Shown here: positions 1 to 33,086 of the stretch, piece after piece
Layout of the letters: each line of letters starts with the position of its first letter
Numbering within the stretch: position 1 is the stretch's first letter
From: Octopus sinensis
Lineage: Eukaryota
Length of the DNA: 33,086 nt
Assembly: GCF_006345805.1 (NCBI RefSeq)
Contig: NW_021829884.1
Coordinates: 1-33,086, forward strand
Direction: 5' to 3'
Program-made: the position numbers and the translations under genes
Notes under the pieces: model-generated
The model's database searches: none
Told to the model about the DNA's origin: nothing
What the model saw: only the letters and a program-made list of their open reading frames with translations

Positions 1-1570
1 TTACATGGATGATTTAAAGCTTTTTGCAAAAAATTACCAACAACTCAAGGGCTTACTAGCGATAGTCAAACAATTCAGTGATGACATCAGAATGCAATTC
101 GGCCTCGATAAATGTGCAAAAGCTACCGTTATCAAAGGAAAAATGACAGAAACATCTAACGTTAACGTTGACCAGCAGAATGTCATAAAAGAACTAGACC
201 CAGCGGAGAGCTACATGTACCTAGGGGTAATTGAAGGGAACGAAATAAGGCATTCAGAGATGAAGGAAAGGATCAGGAGAGACTGCTATCGAAGAGTGAG
301 AGCAATACTCAAGACAGAACTGAATGCAAGAAGCAGGATCGAAGCGATCAATGCATTAGCCATACCAGTCGTGACTTACAGTTTCAATATTGTTAACTGG
401 TCAATTACTGAAATATGTCAGTTCGACAGAAAAATAAGGAAACTGTTGACAATGCATAGAATGCACCACCCTAAGGCAGATACAGAACGACTCTATCTGC
501 CAAAAAAAGAAGGAGGCCGTGGTCTTTTGCAACTGGCAATAACAATGAAGATTGCTACAATTGGCCTAGACACCTACCTGAAAAACTCTGAGAACTGGAT
601 GTTAAAACTTGTCTCAAAACATGAAAACAAGAAAGCATCATACTCAGTCACAAAACAGGCAAAGGAATATCTAAGTGAATTCCAAATACAACCAATTTCG
701 GAATTAGAGATAGACATACAAGAAACAAGCACAGAAAAGGCTAGGCGCATGAAAACCCGTGCCAAAACTGCCGCCTTAGATATTCTGAATAATAAATGGC
801 AAGTAAAATCTCTCCATGGCAAATACCCAAAGAGAGCGAATAATGCAGATATTGACAAAGCTAATCGCTAATGGCCTCTGGCTTAAAATCTGAAACGGAA
901 GGGTTTATCATAGCAGCTCAAGATCAATGCCTACCAACAAGAAACTACCGGGCCAACATATTAAAGAACGGCAGGAGCCCAACATGTCGTGTATGTCAAC
1001 AACAAAATGAAACCATTGATCATGTTGTCTCCAAGTGCAGTCTTTTAGCGCCTACAGATTATCTCAACAGGCATGATAGAGCTGCACAATATATTCACTG
1101 GGTAATTTGCAAAAACCTGGATTTGCTCCATGAAAAAAGTGGTGGGAACACAAACCACCCCTAGTACTTGAAAATGACCACATCTCACTCCTCTGGAACT
1201 TCATCATTCAAACTGACAGAAAGATAGATGCAAATAGGCCGGGCATCATATTGAAAGACTTCAGACAAAGAACATGCCTCCTCATTGATATGACTGTCCC
1301 AATCGATATAAACGTATCTGTCAAGACCTACCAAAAACTGAGCAAATATAAAGATCTTGAAATAGAAATCAGCAAAATGTGAAAGCTGAAGACTAAAACA
1401 ATACCTGTTGTCATGAGTGCCCTGGGAATGATAGCGAAAGGGACTGACTGCTACCTAACTCATATACCAGGAAACCCCAAAATGGCAGAAATTCAAAAGT
1501 AGTGCTCATGGGAACTGCTCATATCCTACGCAAAATACTCTCTATGTAATCCCAAGGTTTAAAACAAAAT
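1..1570 (+). mobile_element. Decayed R4/Dong-clade non-LTR retrotransposon (RT C-terminus, CCHC knuckle, restriction-like endonuclease), cut by window start
   Basis: YMDD RT motif at 2-13; RLYLPKKEGGRGL; GLKSETEGFIIAAQDQ; CRVC..ETIDHVVSKC; PD..D and KYKDL endonuclease motifs; broken by stops and frameshifts. Confidence 0.9.
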
Positions 1571-1625
1571 TTTTATTTATTTATTTATATTTTATTGGAC
1601 GCTCAGGAAAGAAGGAAAGAAGGAG

Positions 1626-1661
1626 GGCCTAACGTTTCGAGCGGAGCTCTTCGTCAGAAAC
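1626..1661 (-). ncRNA. Minimal hammerhead ribozyme motif of Penelope-like-element type
   Basis: GTTT-CTGACGA-A-GAGC-TCC-GCTC-GAAAC-GTT-AGGC: core boxes, 4-bp stem II, palindromic AACGTT stem III, stem I pairing with two G.U wobbles. Confidence 0.55.
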
Positions 1662-1799
1662 ATAGGAAAAGGAAAGATCCATAGAAGGGAGGACGGAGGA
1701 AAAATTGCCGACGGTACACACGCGGTTACATTTTGAATGACCGGAAGGGAATGGGTGAAGAAAAAGTTATTTCAAAGACAGGAGAGTGCATTAGGAGGT

Positions 1800-2392
1800 A
1801 TGTGTGTGTAAGTGTGGATATGTGCATGCGCGCAGGTCTGTGTGTGTGTATGTGTGTAACGATAGCACGTGTGTATGTGGTTGTGGCTGGGCTTAGTATC
1901 GTTTAAGGTCAAGGAAGAATGAAGTAGGAGTGGCTCTTGTGTCTACCTACCCATGGGCGTGGAAGAATGGTCAGTGGCAGGTACTGGTAGTTTGAAGTAT
2001 GTGTGTGCGTTTTGTCTGTAGTGTGTGTGTGTGTCTGTGTGTATGTATGCGTGTGTTCGTGTGTGTATGCGTAGGGGATGTGTGTGGGGAGAATAACTGC
2101 TTTATTTTGTGTATGTATGCGTGTTTGCTTGTATGTGCGTATGGGTGTATACATGTATGTATAATGGTGTGAGTGTATGTATGAGTGTGTGCTGTGTGTA
2201 TGGGAGCTATGTGTGCGTTCATTTGTGTGTGTATGTGCGTGCGTATAGTTGTGTGTGCGTGTATGTGTGAGTGTGTATGTGTGCGCATGTTTGCGAGTGC
2301 GTGTGCGAGTGCTTGTGTATGTGCTTACGTGCGCATGTGCATGTATGTGCGTGTGTGTTTGTGCCCATGTGAGTATGATATATATATATATA
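1800..2392. repeat. Degenerate (TG)n/(TATG)n microsatellite field ending in (AT)n
   Basis: Direct inspection. Confidence 0.9.
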
Positions 2393-2746
2393 AAGCTGTG
2401 TGCAGTATATTGCCACCCTCCCCTTAATTATCCGAATCTGTGGATTTGGATTATAAATCATTGTTATATACATTAACAAACATTAACACACATTTCGGAC
2501 AGAGACATAATTTTACACACACACTGATTCATTCACCTGCATTCACTCAATGGTTCCTCTGAAATATCATGCATTCATAATCCCAGTCATAGAAATGGGG
2601 TTCTACTAGCAATCACAGATTTCCAAACAAAAAGACGCATCCTTAGAAAGACGGGTGAGCGAGCCTAAAATTAAGTATGGAAAGACATTACTTATTGAGA
2701 AATATATCGTCAACGAAATACTATAAGAAACAATGATTTAGCTGAC

Positions 2747-32104
<29,358 letters not shown>

Positions 32105-32534
32105 CTGGAACATAAAATTCACTTAAGAAGGAATTGTATAGAACATTTTGGCTAAAAAATAAGATATCGGAAGTTATGTAAAGTAGAACACGATGATAAT
32201 TAGTTTCATGTTGATGATGGTGATGATAATGTTGATAATACTGCTGTTGATGATGATGAGAATGATGAGGATGATGATGATGATAATGATAAAGATTAAG
32301 GGGAAGTTGAGGAGGATAAAGGTGGCGGTAGAACTGACGGAAGATGTGATGGTCCTAGCAATGAATAAGATTATGAGGCAGAGAAGATGAATATTTGGTC
32401 GAAGTTTAGATGTCGAAGATGATATGATGTTGAGGAGGCAATGGAGGAGATGAAATAGAGAGGAAAAGAAGAATAAATTCGAAGCGGAAGGAAGAGACGA
32501 ATAATTTTCAGAAGATGATGAAGAACAAGAATAA

Positions 32535-32557
32535 TAATAATATGAATAACTATTAAA

Positions 32558-32589
<32 letters not shown>

Positions 32590-32640
32590 TAATAATAATA
32601 ATGATAATAATAATAATATAATAATAATAATATAATAATA

Positions 32641-32678
<38 letters not shown>

Positions 32679-32697
32679 TAATAATAATAATAATAAT
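32535..32697. repeat. (AAT)n microsatellite (others at 14171-14253, 18715-18830, 20250-20440, 20985-21215, 22080-22250)
   Basis: Direct inspection. Confidence 0.95.
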
Positions 32698-32699
32698 GA

Positions 32700-33086
32700 A
32701 ACTACTATAAAATAATCACCATAGGACTGCAAAAATATCTACTTCAGAAGGAAGGAAAACTGATCCAGATAGCAGCAAAACACGAGCAAAACAAAAAACT
32801 GTTCTCAGTATTTAAGGAAGCTGACAAATACAAACAAGAAATCATACCACCTAATAAACACGAAGAAGAAGAAGAAGATGATGAAGAAACAACAAAAGCT
32901 ATAAAACAAATGAAATCCAAACTAAAAATAGAACAGCAACGAACCATGATAAAACGATGGTAAGAAAAGCCCCTTCATGGTAAATACTGCACTAAAATAA
33001 ACGCAAAAGAAATAGACAAAGAAAAATCCCAGCAATGGTTGAGAAGCTCAGGACTCAAAGCAGAAACAGAGTGATTTTTAATTGCA
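32700..33086 (+). mobile_element. R4/Dong-clade LINE fragment following (AAT)n, cut by window end; longer duplicate of 13294-14170
   Basis: TIGLQKYL..KHEQNKKLFSVFKEADKY..W*EKPLHGKY..GLKAETE*FLIA; 32944-33086 matches 13294-13436, including both stop codons. Confidence 0.9.

Overview
AT-rich, microsatellite-dense eukaryotic DNA. The repeat content resembles a cephalopod/octopus genome, but the organism is an inference. The long ORFs in the supplied track are almost all repeat artefacts or transposon remnants. The real host gene is on the minus strand and is invisible to the ORF track. It has ten intact 72-nt exons, each encoding one 24-aa extracellular-type leucine-rich repeat, all with phase-2 introns, AG acceptors and GT donors (240 aa, no stops), plus three 3'-truncated exon copies. 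The exons sit in tandemly duplicated exon+intron units bounded by GAT/GAA microsatellites. A large duplication (7545-13436 vs 24316-33086) allows direct comparison of young paralogous exons. All 7 exon substitutions I counted are non-synonymous and fall on LRR concave-face positions, while the adjacent introns differ by only about 1.3%. This makes the locus a candidate for a rapidly diversifying, copy-number-variable LRR recognition protein. No N-cap, C-cap, TM, TIR or 7TM exon is visible, so the gene cannot be named. The introns hold decayed R4/Dong-type LINEs, a Tx1/L1 3' end, Penelope-like elements with hammerhead ribozyme motifs, a Charlie-type hAT element with TIRs and an 8-bp TSD, and a probable non-autonomous Helitron. 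All counts were made by eye.
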